From IMG/VR virus record IMGVR_UViG_3300028920_000029, positions 109,363-173,362 of that record: a stretch of 64,000 bases of DNA, one strand, 5' to 3'. The stretch is from a virus. Shown piece after piece: positions 25,893-36,033 of the stretch. Numbering within the stretch: the stretch's first letter is position 1; every line of letters starts with the position of its first letter. Under the pieces are notes generated by a model. The model ran no database searches and was not told the origin of the DNA. It was given only the letters and a program-made list of their open reading frames with translations. The translations under genes were made by a program, and so were the position numbers.

Positions 25893-26381
25893 CTACTCTT
25901 TAAGTAGCTCATCCCCAGTCTTATTAAGACTTGGGTCATCTATATTGTACCAAGTCTTACCTCCGTCCTTAGAGAAGAAACTTGGGTCTCTTTTGTTTTG
26001 CCACAGGGTTTTGGCGTTTTTACCACACATATCTGTGATGTCCATCCACTCATCTGGATTAGAAGAAATAGGTGTTAAAGTTTTATACTTAAGCAGTTTG
26101 TTTAGTATATCTATGGTAAGACTTGCCGAGAAACCGCTATGACCTTGCGTAGAAAAAACCTTAACCATGTCTAATATACTTTTACCAAGTGCTCCGTTAT
26201 AATCTGAGCCTTTGTCAAACATGCCAGCTCTCCGAAGTTCTTTTTCCGCATGACTAACTAAGTTGCTTTTTCTAAACCGTTCCTTAAAGTTAAAAAAATT
26301 TACTATCCTTGTCCACCAAGATATATACCAAAACAGTTTAGGTGTTGCTACGGGCTCAAGATCTTTCTCATCACTCGACAT
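25893..26381 (-). CDS. conserved phage hypothetical protein
   Basis: FSTQGHSGFSA..LTPI..WQNKRD motifs typical of a phage family. Confidence 0.65.
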   Translation of the reverse strand: MSSDEKDLEPVATPKLFWYISWWTRIVNFFNFKERFRKSNLVSHAEKELRRAGMFDKGSDYNGALGKSILDMVKVFSTQGHSGFSASLTIDILNKLLKYKTLTPISSNPDEWMDITDMCGKNAKTLWQNKRDPSFFSKDGGKTWYNIDDPSLNKTGDELLKE

Positions 26382-26542
26382 TTTGTCTTCCTTTCCCTAA
26401 CGGATATGGACTCTTGTACATCTCCTGCCGTTTACGAGCCTGATCCTTCTTTTTTTCTTCTCTGTGTTTTGGGCACAGCGCCTTTCTGTATCCTGCATCC
26501 ACCCCACAAACATAACATTTACCCATTAGTATCTCCTTTCTA

Positions 26543-26758
26543 CTACATTTCTCTATAAAACAATATAATGAGTTTTATGTTTTTGTTTGGGAACACCTTT
26601 TTATACTCGGCAATAATAGCGTCCGATACCTTTATTAACTTATCGTACGAGTCTAGTTTGTCCTCCGAATCAAAAACGCTGTTCCCAAACATTTGTCCTT
26701 TTCCTTCAACATCATAAGCGTAACTTACAAAATACTTAGTAGGTTCCATGGTTACCAC
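26543..26758 (-). CDS. hypothetical protein
   Basis: small ORF in gene run. Confidence 0.55.
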   Translation of the reverse strand: MVTMEPTKYFVSYAYDVEGKGQMFGNSVFDSEDKLDSYDKLIKVSDAIIAEYKKVFPNKNIKLIILFYREM

Positions 26759-27112
26759 CTACTTACCCTTTTCTTCTTCACACAGAAGTAGCTGTAACTG
26801 AGCTTCAAGCTTGGCTATCTTTTCTCTGTCAATGTTTCTCTGGTGAATAAGGTAGTTTATGTTTTTAGTATTCTTATCTATTACCGTAAGCAACTCAAGA
26901 TACTTTGTGGTTAACACTTCTCCCATTTCAACAACAGATTCTTTGGATGACATAAATATTTCGCCAACTTCATCCAACGACTCTATAATGGTTCCTTTGT
27001 CTCTTGCGTAAGATATACCACATAACACCGCTGTACTAAAACATACAATTATCGCTATTAGCAACAGTGCCTGTGCTAAATCTAGTGAGTCCTTAACTGA
27101 AAGTTTACTCAT
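26759..27112 (-). CDS. membrane-anchored coiled-coil protein
   Basis: N-terminal TM. Confidence 0.6.
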   Translation of the reverse strand: MSKLSVKDSLDLAQALLLIAIIVCFSTAVLCGISYARDKGTIIESLDEVGEIFMSSKESVVEMGEVLTTKYLELLTVIDKNTKNINYLIHQRNIDREKIAKLEAQLQLLLCEEEKGK

Positions 27113-27114
27113 AG

Positions 27115-27657
27115 TTATACCTCCTTTCCGTCAATAGTATTATCGGTACTCAAAACTCCAATAGGCTCAGATGCGGAAGTAGTCAGAGTACATGTATCAT
27201 CGGTGTACACCATATTGTACGAGTCGTCTTTGCTAGGAAAGTAGTGTGTAAACTCAAAAGATATTGTGCTAATGGTTGGATCTAGCAGCGCCGTCTCTAG
27301 CGACTTACTTAACTGATCCTTCAGCGGAACGTTAGAATGATCTCCGCGTTGAATCGTGATAGATGTTTCCCCTATCAGTATTATTGATCTAAAAGTATTT
27401 ATATCTATGGAGTTAAACATCCCTAAAACTTTTTTACACATTTCTAGCTTTGTTGTTGTACAAAAATCTTTTACTAGGAAAAAAGACATCCTAACATTAA
27501 TACTGTGTTTTTCTGAAATTACTGCTAAACTAGGTACTGCCCCGTTAGATCCACTTTGTACAAATATGTCCTTAAATTGGTTACATAGTTGCCTTTCTAG
27601 CCGTTCCGCGTCAGAACTTTTGTAACTTATTCCGTATACCTCAGTCATAGTTGCCAT
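27115..27657 (-). CDS. hypothetical protein
   Basis: GGAGGTG RBS. Confidence 0.65.
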   Translation of the reverse strand: MATMTEVYGISYKSSDAERLERQLCNQFKDIFVQSGSNGAVPSLAVISEKHSINVRMSFFLVKDFCTTTKLEMCKKVLGMFNSIDINTFRSIILIGETSITIQRGDHSNVPLKDQLSKSLETALLDPTISTISFEFTHYFPSKDDSYNMVYTDDTCTLTTSASEPIGVLSTDNTIDGKEV

Positions 27658-27659
27658 AT

Positions 27660-28307
27660 CTACACCTCCAAAGATGTTAGTTGTTTAATGGTTTTGTATA
27701 GCTCCATCGCGTCTGATTCCTGGTACAAGTATAAATCCCCTACCTTTTTATTGTCCTCAAACTTCAGTGGAAATTCTATACTTGTAATATCTAAGGCTTC
27801 GTGCCTATTCTTTTTCTTTTCTCTACCGATCTTCGCCCTAGAAGTATCCGTGTATAAGTTTACGGCAAAATCCTTTGTCTTGTATGTTACTACCAAATCT
27901 ATACCCTGTTGACTGTCTATTAAAGGATTGTGCCATACTGAATCAAATACGTGAGTTTCCTGCAAAAGCTTGCCAAAATGAAAATCTCTTACTAAAGATG
28001 GGTACGCCCTAAACGCTCTAGCCTTTATTCCCTCTAACTGTTCTTCCGACAGAGCGGACTTATCAAACCACTCAGAGTTATGAAGTAAGTATCCCCTATA
28101 AAATTCTTCTTGTGTAGGAACTACCTGGCTTGATATTAATATAGAATAAAAAGAATCTATGAACGACGGTAGTCTCATTTCCCACTCTACGTCATTACGT
28201 CTTATAGGAGAAAACGTAAGCGCCATAGATTTAAGCCTGTCTTCTACAGCTTTAGATGACAACGCTACCGAAGTTAACGTATTTGGATACTCCTCGAACC
28301 TAGTCAT
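27660..28307 (-). CDS. PD-(D/E)xK endonuclease, TaqI-family-like
   Basis: ARAFRAYPSLVRDFH, DSQQGIDLVV. Confidence 0.55.
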   Translation of the reverse strand: MTRFEEYPNTLTSVALSSKAVEDRLKSMALTFSPIRRNDVEWEMRLPSFIDSFYSILISSQVVPTQEEFYRGYLLHNSEWFDKSALSEEQLEGIKARAFRAYPSLVRDFHFGKLLQETHVFDSVWHNPLIDSQQGIDLVVTYKTKDFAVNLYTDTSRAKIGREKKKNRHEALDITSIEFPLKFEDNKKVGDLYLYQESDAMELYKTIKQLTSLEV

Positions 28308-28318
28308 AACTCTCCTAA

Positions 28319-28540
28319 CTATACCTTTTTAGGGTATATCTTTTCTCTAGTTCGGCTTAGTTTTCTTAGTAGTTGGATATTGTAGTCGTATAGTAATTCC
28401 CAACACTCCTCATCTGTGTGGTCCTTTCTTAGCTCTCTAATAAACGTACGTATACCCTTAACGCGTTGTAGGTCTTCTTTAGGTATTTTTTTAAGCAGCA
28501 ATTGCATCAGTCGTTGCTCAGTTATTTTCTTTCTTCCCAT
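28319..28540 (-). CDS. hypothetical protein
   Basis: AAAGGAG RBS after promoter. Confidence 0.6.
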   Translation of the reverse strand: MGRKKITEQRLMQLLLKKIPKEDLQRVKGIRTFIRELRKDHTDEECWELLYDYNIQLLRKLSRTREKIYPKKV

Positions 28541-28560
28541 GGTTTCTCCTTTCTATACTA

Positions 28561-28588
28561 AGTATACTGATAAATTGCTATTTGTCAA
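28561..28588 (-). promoter_or_regulatory. sigma70/SigA-type promoter
   Basis: TTGACA-N16-TATACT. Confidence 0.65.
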
Positions 28589-29426
28589 GGTCTTTTCTAA
28601 GTTTTTTTCTAATAGGTATTTCGCTTTCTAGGCACCCAACACTTCCAGATCCCATACCATTTTGTAAGGTTTCTACATACTTACCTATTTTTAAACATCC
28701 TGGGGGCTCTATAGAGGACGCCTGGTCTGTGCCGTACATCGATCTATCAAGTGTTATATGATACTCTAACATTTCCGCCCCCAATAAGTACGCCGCCACA
28801 ATAAAGATTATTCCTGCATAATGATTTGAGTAGCCTATTTTATACTTATCTCCATACATATCCTTAAGTGTTGATAAACGTTTTAGATTTACATCTTTCA
28901 CTGGGGTGGGGTAGCTTGAAGTACACGACAGTATATACTCAACAGTATCTCCAAAGATTTCTAAAGCTGCGTTTAGTTCATCAATACTACTCATACCAGT
29001 GGATAGTATAACCTTTTTACCCGTACCCTTTATTTTCTTAAGTAGAACTTTGTCCGTCAACGACGCCGACGCAACCTTTATATATGGTATATCAAATTGG
29101 GATAAAAATTCTACTGAGTTAACATCCCAAGGTGTGGCAAACCAAGCGATACCCTTATACTTACAATACTTATCTATTTCTTTATATTCTCGTAATCCGA
29201 ATTCTCGAGCCCTTTTGTAATCCCCTACCGTAGCACCCCATGGAGACTCCAGATACTTATCAAGCTCCTCTTGTGTATATAAAAAATCTATATCTCTTTT
29301 CTGAAACTTAACTCCGTAACAACCACTAATAGCGGCGATATCTATAAGTTCTTTAGCCATATCCACGTCGCCATTAGCGTTTATACCTATTTCAGCTATA
29401 AGTTTTGTATTAGACACCGTGCTCAC
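28578..29426 (-). CDS. neuB: N-acetylneuraminate (nonulosonate) synthase
   Basis: IAEIGIN.NG, VKFQKR, ILSTGMS, CTSSYP, DQASSIEP. Confidence 0.92.
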   Translation of the reverse strand: MSTVSNTKLIAEIGINANGDVDMAKELIDIAAISGCYGVKFQKRDIDFLYTQEELDKYLESPWGATVGDYKRAREFGLREYKEIDKYCKYKGIAWFATPWDVNSVEFLSQFDIPYIKVASASLTDKVLLKKIKGTGKKVILSTGMSSIDELNAALEIFGDTVEYILSCTSSYPTPVKDVNLKRLSTLKDMYGDKYKIGYSNHYAGIIFIVAAYLLGAEMLEYHITLDRSMYGTDQASSIEPPGCLKIGKYVETLQNGMGSGSVGCLESEIPIRKKLRKDLDK

Positions 29427-30102
29427 CCCAATACTGTTTTAAATTTTCTTCACAGATAATCAAATCTGTAACGTCGTCTATCTCTTGAAGTTGCGGTTTA
29501 TCCATCAGATATACGGAAATCTTTCCTCCCAGCCTGTTACGGTGCTTTTTTATAAAGTCTGGAGTGAATATGTATATGGACCCGTTTTCTACTATCAAAG
29601 TTTTTCTATTGTCGTCTTGGCGCATACCCCTATTCTTGTAATCATACGTTACGCTATTTGGTGTATCGTCCCAAACACACGCAGAGGTTAGCGGTACACC
29701 AGAAAATAGCGTATCTGCCTCCTCCAATACATACTGATCTAAAGCCTTATCGATATCGCCGACATATCGTAAAGGTGACGTAGCCTGAAGAAATACTACC
29801 AAGTCAATATCTTTTATACCTGAGTAATCCAATACGTGAATAATTGCGTCTTCCGATGGAGACGTATCTGTGGCCATACTTTCTGGTCTATCTACTACGC
29901 AAACCTCGGGATATCTTTCTTGTACAAACTCCATTATATCTTTGCTATCGGTAGTAACAAATACTTTACTAACTTTAGTACTATCTAACGCGGATTCTAT
30001 TGTCCAAGATACCAGCGGCTTTCCATTTATTGGTATTAAGTTTTTTCCTATAATACCCTTAGATCCACCACGAACAGGTATTATTGCAACTACGTTATTC
30101 AT
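29410..30102 (-). CDS. neuA: acylneuraminate cytidylyltransferase
   Basis: IPVRGGSKGI..KN, LQATSPLR, ENGSIY, EIDD. Confidence 0.92.
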   Translation of the reverse strand: MNNVVAIIPVRGGSKGIIGKNLIPINGKPLVSWTIESALDSTKVSKVFVTTDSKDIMEFVQERYPEVCVVDRPESMATDTSPSEDAIIHVLDYSGIKDIDLVVFLQATSPLRYVGDIDKALDQYVLEEADTLFSGVPLTSACVWDDTPNSVTYDYKNRGMRQDDNRKTLIVENGSIYIFTPDFIKKHRNRLGGKISVYLMDKPQLQEIDDVTDLIICEENLKQYWGEHGV

Positions 30103-30221
30103 ACTTTTCTAAACCCCCTAAAAGACGCATCCTTATTTTTGTATAGTCTGTCTATAGAAGCCAAAGTTGACGCGCAGTTTTTTGTGTAGTAATCCATTAT
30201 CATATACTATTACTAGTGTTC

Positions 30222-31172
30222 TCATTGTATGCTCGCTTTAAAATATTCTATGGTTCTTTTTAGTCCTTCATCTATTGAAGTTTTAGCTTCGAACCCCAAC
30301 AACTCCCTAGCCAATCTCGTATCGCTTTGTCTAGTTCTATACCCTACCCGTTCAATACTTTTATCAAATACAACATTAGCGTTACTTCCACTAATGTATA
30401 CTATTTTTTCTACTAAATCTTTTATAGTTATTTGGTCATCACATGCTAAATTTATTGGAGTAGCATCCTTAGACTTTTCTGACGCCAAAAGTATTCCTTG
30501 TACTATATCCTTTACATATATAAACGATCTTGTTTGTAAACCATTACCCCACACCACTATTTCGTCTTTAGTTACGGCCTTGTTAACTAACGCAGCCACT
30601 ACGTGCGCCACCTTAGGGTCAAACTTATCTTTAGGGCCGTATGCGTTGGACGGCCTAACTATAGTAACTGGTTTTCCAGAATATTTATACATAGTTTGCC
30701 CAAGCTGTTCCATAGTTCTCTTAGCTAATCCGTAGCCTAAATTTGTTTCTTCTGGAAGGTCTAAAAACCCTGCGGATTCTGGAGTGGGTACCTCAGCGTC
30801 TCTAGCGTATACGCAGGCCGAACTCACTAACGTAACTGCTTGGATATTATTGTCCTGTATGGCTTGAAGTACATTACTTGACATAATAACATTATTATTA
30901 AATATGCTAAAGTTACTATTCATATTGTACTCTATACCTCCAACATCTGCTGCCAAATGCATTACATGATCGAAGTCTTTGATAGCTTCAACACACTGTG
31001 GTAGATTTTTAAGATTTGCAGTTACGACTTTACATCCCATAAACATATCTTGAGGAATTCTAGATAGTATACTAACATCAGCCATCTCTGATTTTAACGC
31101 CTCACATAGATGTGAACCTATGAACCCAGAGCCTCCAGTAACTAAGACTTTTTTGTTTTTCCAAAAACTCAC
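30222..31172 (-). CDS. NAD(P)-dependent GDP-sugar epimerase/reductase (Fcl/ColC/GME-like)
   Basis: GGSGFIG, LAADVGGI, SSACVY, YxxxK. Confidence 0.88.
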   Translation of the reverse strand: MSFWKNKKVLVTGGSGFIGSHLCEALKSEMADVSILSRIPQDMFMGCKVVTANLKNLPQCVEAIKDFDHVMHLAADVGGIEYNMNSNFSIFNNNVIMSSNVLQAIQDNNIQAVTLVSSACVYARDAEVPTPESAGFLDLPEETNLGYGLAKRTMEQLGQTMYKYSGKPVTIVRPSNAYGPKDKFDPKVAHVVAALVNKAVTKDEIVVWGNGLQTRSFIYVKDIVQGILLASEKSKDATPINLACDDQITIKDLVEKIVYISGSNANVVFDKSIERVGYRTRQSDTRLARELLGFEAKTSIDEGLKRTIEYFKASIQ

Positions 31173-32332
31173 TTTAGTATCTCCTCAAATGTTTTTCCTA
31201 TGTAGTCTATATCGCTATCCGTTATATACTGATGACATCCAATGTAAAATGCTTGTGACCCTAGAAATTCCGCATTCTTTAATTTACCCTTATACTCAAA
31301 TTTAAAGTTTGAATATGCTGGCTGTTGTGTAGGTATACACCCAAACAGCGGCCTCGACTCAATTCCTTTAGCTGTTAGTTTACTCATAAGCTCTTCTCTA
31401 TTTAGGTTGGTAATTATTGGATATGCTAAATAGCTTACGTTCTCGTCATACTTAGGGAGTATCAAAGCGTTCGAAATTCCTTTTAGCCTATTGTTTAGTT
31501 TCTTAACATTTTCTGATCTTACTTTAACTATTTCATCCATTTTAGCTATCTGCCCTATCCCTAACGCTGCTTGAAATTCCATAGTCTTAAAATTATATCC
31601 TACATGGGTATGCGTAAACCTTGGGTTGTTTCCTTCTTTTGGACACGTACCTTGAGCCTTCGTGCACACCAAACAATCACATGCCCTACCATTAGCTTTT
31701 AATCTCCTTATTAACTTCGCGACTTCTGCATCATCGGTAACTATAGCTCCCATCTCGCCAACCTGAATGTTGTGCGCTATATAAAAGGAATAGTCCGCAA
31801 GTAACGACATAGTGCCCACATTCTTTCCGTTTATCTTGGTTCCGTGAGCTTGTGCAGCGTCCTCAAATACAGTTAGGTTATACTTTTTGGCTAGATAGTT
31901 TATTGCGTCCATGTCGCATGGATAACCCATTAAATGTACTGGGAGTATCGCGGCGTATCCTTTCGGGTCAACCTGTAGTAACGACTCCACCTCAACAATA
32001 GACATATCAAACGTTATGGGGTTCACGTCAACATATACTGGTTTAAGTCCTGCAAGTATTAAGGCGTTTGATGTTGCTACATAAGTCAGCGGAGTAGTAA
32101 TAACTTTGCTGCCTTTAGGAACCTTATTAAGGTACTTAAGCGCTAGCAAGCCTACAAGCAGTGCAGACGTACCAGAGTTAACCGTTACACAGTATTTTGT
32201 ACCTATCTTCTTGGCAAACTCTTTTTCAAACTCCTTAACATACTTGCCTTCGGATATCTGCCCAGAGTCTAATACGGCGTTAATGGCGTCTCTTTCTTCC
32301 TTACCTATTCTAAAATCTCCTACCCTAATCAT
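31169..32332 (-). CDS. DegT/DnrJ-family PLP enzyme, His-type (ColD/RfbH-like 3-dehydratase)
   Basis: NSGTSA, EDAAQAHG, SFYIAHNI (His at the usual Lys position). Confidence 0.8.
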   Translation of the reverse strand: MIRVGDFRIGKEERDAINAVLDSGQISEGKYVKEFEKEFAKKIGTKYCVTVNSGTSALLVGLLALKYLNKVPKGSKVITTPLTYVATSNALILAGLKPVYVDVNPITFDMSIVEVESLLQVDPKGYAAILPVHLMGYPCDMDAINYLAKKYNLTVFEDAAQAHGTKINGKNVGTMSLLADYSFYIAHNIQVGEMGAIVTDDAEVAKLIRRLKANGRACDCLVCTKAQGTCPKEGNNPRFTHTHVGYNFKTMEFQAALGIGQIAKMDEIVKVRSENVKKLNNRLKGISNALILPKYDENVSYLAYPIITNLNREELMSKLTAKGIESRPLFGCIPTQQPAYSNFKFEYKGKLKNAEFLGSQAFYIGCHQYITDSDIDYIGKTFEEILK

Positions 32333-32333
32333 A

Positions 32334-33299
32334 CTAGCCCTCCTTTAGCAACTTTATATCTTCGTGGACCATCATGTCTATTAATTCTTCAAAACTAACC
32401 TTAGGCTTCCACCCAAGTTCTGCCTCAATTTTTGTAGCGTTACCTACCAAAAGATCAACCTCGGCTGGCCTATACAATTCCTTATCAATCTTTACATAGT
32501 TTTCGTAGTTTAGCCCTACTCCGCCGAACGCCACCTCTAACAACTTTTTAACAGTATGTGTCTTTCCAGTTGCAATCACATAATCTTTCGGCTCGTTGTT
32601 TTGTAGCATCAAATACATAGCCTCAACATAGTCACCAGCAAATCCCCAATCTCTTTTGGAATCTAAATTACCCATACTTAAACTTTTTGACAGTCCCAAC
32701 TTTATCTTTGCAACTTCATGAGTTACCTTTCTAGTAACAAACTCCATTCCCCTACGCGGGCTTTCGTGATTGAAGCACATTCCAGAACACGCAAAAAGAT
32801 CATAACTTTCTCTATAATTTACAGTAGCCCAATGACCGAAAACTTTCGATACTCCATAAGGACTTCTAGGATAGAAAGGTGTTGTTTCAGTTTGTGGAGT
32901 TTCAACTACCTTACCGAACATCTCACTACTAGATGCTTGATAAAATTTCGTTTTAGGACTAATCAATCTTATAGCCTCAAGCACATTTACAACGCCAACA
33001 CCCGTAACGCTAGTCGTTGTAAGCGGTGCTTTCCACGAATGAGGCACAAATGACTGCGCACCAAGATTGTACACTTCATCTGGCTTAACATCTCTCAGTA
33101 TTGAAATTAAAGAAGACAGATCTGTTAAATCTCCAGATACAAATGTGATACTATCGAGCAGGTGGTCGATTCGATGTGTAGTTGTGGTACTTGAGCGTCG
33201 CTTCAACCCAAAAACATTGTATCCTTTATCTAGCAACAACTCTGCCATGTAAGATCCATCTTGCCCAGTAATACCTGTAATAAGTGCCGTTTTACGCAT
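32334..33299 (-). CDS. gmd: GDP-mannose 4,6-dehydratase
   Basis: [38 protein letters not shown]. Confidence 0.95.
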   Translation of the reverse strand: MRKTALITGITGQDGSYMAELLLDKGYNVFGLKRRSSTTTTHRIDHLLDSITFVSGDLTDLSSLISILRDVKPDEVYNLGAQSFVPHSWKAPLTTTSVTGVGVVNVLEAIRLISPKTKFYQASSSEMFGKVVETPQTETTPFYPRSPYGVSKVFGHWATVNYRESYDLFACSGMCFNHESPRRGMEFVTRKVTHEVAKIKLGLSKSLSMGNLDSKRDWGFAGDYVEAMYLMLQNNEPKDYVIATGKTHTVKKLLEVAFGGVGLNYENYVKIDKELYRPAEVDLLVGNATKIEAELGWKPKVSFEELIDMMVHEDIKLLKEG

Positions 33300-33300
33300 G

Positions 33301-34425
33301 CTAATCCTCCAGTGCCTTTTTCGCCAAAATAAACCTGCGAAGTATTTTGTTGTCATCTTTTATTTCTCCAGCCACCTTAAGTGAGAAACCACTGTAGAGT
33401 AAGTACTTAATTTTTTTATCAAAGTTTTTATCTACTGTAGTTACATCTCCACTTTCCAATAAAAAATATCCTCCAGGATTTAGTAACCCTTTAACTTTAT
33501 CACAAAACTCAATAAAAGTATACCTTGTATAAAAATCTACTACTAACGAAAGTATGATATCATATTTAGCCGTAACGTTAAAATCTTCGAAGCTTATATT
33601 ATATAGGGTACAGTTCGGTATATCTAGTATTCTTTTAGCCTCATTACCTACGCTTACAAGATCGGCGTTTATATCGATAGCGTCTACATGTTTTACATAC
33701 CTACTTAACACTAGCGATATAAATCCCGTATTACACCCTATATCCAGTAGTTGCGAGTTAGCATTTATAACTGATTCTATACTGTACTTTTCCAACCTAT
33801 GTAACGTAGAACGTTGACCAGTTAGTTTTAATAGCGGACAGCTTTGATAAAAATCTCCACGACCTAATAATTGCTTTGAGGCTGTGTATGCCTCTTTTAA
33901 ACTAATTATATCGGCCACTTTTTTCTTAGCAAAATCCTCGGATATACGATAGTTAAACTTAATCAGGTCCCACGTTTTGTTAACAAGATTAAGTTCTTTT
34001 GGTGAAAAGTTACGATTTTCAAACCAATCTATACCATATCTCGGATCACCGTCTTCCCGAATAAGTATCTCAAACTTTGATACGTTAGCAAACAAAAGAA
34101 TGCACGCAAGCCTGTGAGCGCCATCGATTACACGTAAATGCTTGTTCACAATTATAGGAGACGCATAGTTATACCCGTTGGCTTGAATAGACCTAATGAG
34201 GAGTTTAAATTTTTTTACGTACATATCCGCATCATGATCGGACATACCCAATCTTTCCTGCTGCATTTTTTTATATAAGGCTATTCCAGGACCTTGCGTT
34301 TTGCTTACTAGTTCTTCTGCTGCAAGGTATCGTACCGCAATATCATATCTGTTAAACGTGTATGCCCCTCCATCTTCAACAAATTGATCCAATAACAGCT
34401 GTCTCGGTGTTGTTAGTGCGTGCAC
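33301..34425 (-). CDS. ParB-like N-domain + class I SAM methyltransferase fusion
   Basis: IDGAHRLA and LDIGCNTG motifs. Confidence 0.7.
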   Translation of the reverse strand: MHALTTPRQLLLDQFVEDGGAYTFNRYDIAVRYLAAEELVSKTQGPGIALYKKMQQERLGMSDHDADMYVKKFKLLIRSIQANGYNYASPIIVNKHLRVIDGAHRLACILLFANVSKFEILIREDGDPRYGIDWFENRNFSPKELNLVNKTWDLIKFNYRISEDFAKKKVADIISLKEAYTASKQLLGRGDFYQSCPLLKLTGQRSTLHRLEKYSIESVINANSQLLDIGCNTGFISLVLSRYVKHVDAIDINADLVSVGNEAKRILDIPNCTLYNISFEDFNVTAKYDIILSLVVDFYTRYTFIEFCDKVKGLLNPGGYFLLESGDVTTVDKNFDKKIKYLLYSGFSLKVAGEIKDDNKILRRFILAKKALED

Positions 34426-35354
34426 TAGTTTTCTCCTTGTTTAAGTATATTGTCATAAATTTTTTCATATTCTGCAACTATGTCTTTTGGGTTCCAATAT
34501 TTTCGCATCCACTCTTTATTTTTCTTTCCCCTATGTATAAGATTTTTTCTTCCTAAACCAACCAAACCATTTAAGTGACCCTCTAAATCATCAAGCCAAA
34601 CGTTATCTACGGGTAACATGTCACTTCCAGAAACTTTCTTAAATATTGATTCTACCTCGTCATCCATGGAGCAAATAGTTACGGCTCCCTGCGCTAAACC
34701 TTCAAGCGTACATCTATGATAGCTTTTTGTTACACACTCATCTATGTGGATTACACATACGGATTTTCGACGCATACACATCTCAAAACTAGTATTACTT
34801 ATAATATCTATTTCAACATTATTAAACTTACGTACCATATTATCAAGAATTTGTTTTGTCTCTGGAACCGCTTTACTTGAGTAGGTTCTATTTCCTCTTG
34901 GTAATAGTGTGGACGGAGAAAACGCTATTCTTATGTTTGTAGATTTATCAACATACTTGTACAATTCGTCATCCAAGTCTATAATATTTCTGACCCACAA
35001 ACAATTCTTATACTCTGGTAGTGTCGCGTGGAATTGTGCTATTACTAATTTTGTGTAGGGAAACTCTAATTGTGTAACCTGCCCAACGCTATGATACTGA
35101 ATGACCTGAGGTTTTGTCGTTTTTAAAAACTTGTTGTGGAAATGTACTATACTATACTTGTTAAAATTAGTATCCTTTAGTATTGGTATGTCTTTTCTTG
35201 GTATAGAATTTGACCTATCGCCGCCATAGAATTCATTTTCGTTTGGGCTAATCAACACTGCGCGGTATCTGTCGCTATACTTATTTATACACTGTACTAA
35301 GGCATCTGGTGCCCACGCTATAGGCGTCTCTTTGTAGTGTGCAACGGTTAACAC
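34425..35354 (-). CDS. GT-B glycosyltransferase-like protein
   Basis: IAFSPS..SSK, IHIDE..LEGLAQG. Confidence 0.65.
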   Translation of the reverse strand: MLTVAHYKETPIAWAPDALVQCINKYSDRYRAVLISPNENEFYGGDRSNSIPRKDIPILKDTNFNKYSIVHFHNKFLKTTKPQVIQYHSVGQVTQLEFPYTKLVIAQFHATLPEYKNCLWVRNIIDLDDELYKYVDKSTNIRIAFSPSTLLPRGNRTYSSKAVPETKQILDNMVRKFNNVEIDIISNTSFEMCMRRKSVCVIHIDECVTKSYHRCTLEGLAQGAVTICSMDDEVESIFKKVSGSDMLPVDNVWLDDLEGHLNGLVGLGRKNLIHRGKKNKEWMRKYWNPKDIVAEYEKIYDNILKQGEN

Positions 35355-35366
35355 TTTGTATCTCCT

Positions 35367-36023
35367 TTAATTTTTTCGTTGCCCATCATTAAGCTCCTCC
35401 TTTAGTCCGTTAATTTGTTCCAGTATTGTATATTTTCTATACCCATCTCGTATATAACTATATCCGTATCTTTGACCAACTAAGGGAGGATTTATTACGT
35501 ATGACTTTCCTCTGGGATGTACATGATCCCCTAAAATTGTATCAATTGCCACATTATAACTACTACACGCATTCATGGCAATATCATAACATGAGTTGTG
35601 AATTAAGTATGCGTGAGTACACAAGGTTCTTGATGTCTTAAATACCTGATTATTATCTGTTTCTTGTAGCGTATTCCACCACGATGTACCTCCTAGATAA
35701 AACATCTCCCATTGGTGAGTACTTATAAAGTTGCGTACAACATCTAAGTGGTTATTGAAGTGATCAAATATTTTTAGGTCGTCTTCAAACACGCAGATAT
35801 ACTCTAAGTTTCGCTCCTTTGCTAAGCTAACTATTTTATGGTGTCCCATTCTACACCCAGCGTCTCTATCCTCTGTGGTTTTACCGCCGTTAATTATTAC
35901 TCCCTGTATTTCCTCAAACTTTATGTCGGGAATTTTTCCTATTTCTTTTTCAAAATCATTCCATCTTTCTTCTTTGAGGGTATCTAGTGTCAGTACAAAC
36001 GTGTTCTCAAATAAATTTTCCAT
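35367..36023 (-). CDS. glycosyltransferase family 25-like
   Basis: ERW, GC..GH, VFEDD, THAY. Confidence 0.75.
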   Translation of the reverse strand: MENLFENTFVLTLDTLKEERWNDFEKEIGKIPDIKFEEIQGVIINGGKTTEDRDAGCRMGHHKIVSLAKERNLEYICVFEDDLKIFDHFNNHLDVVRNFISTHQWEMFYLGGTSWWNTLQETDNNQVFKTSRTLCTHAYLIHNSCYDIAMNACSSYNVAIDTILGDHVHPRGKSYVINPPLVGQRYGYSYIRDGYRKYTILEQINGLKEELNDGQRKN

Positions 36024-36033
36024 ACAATTACTC

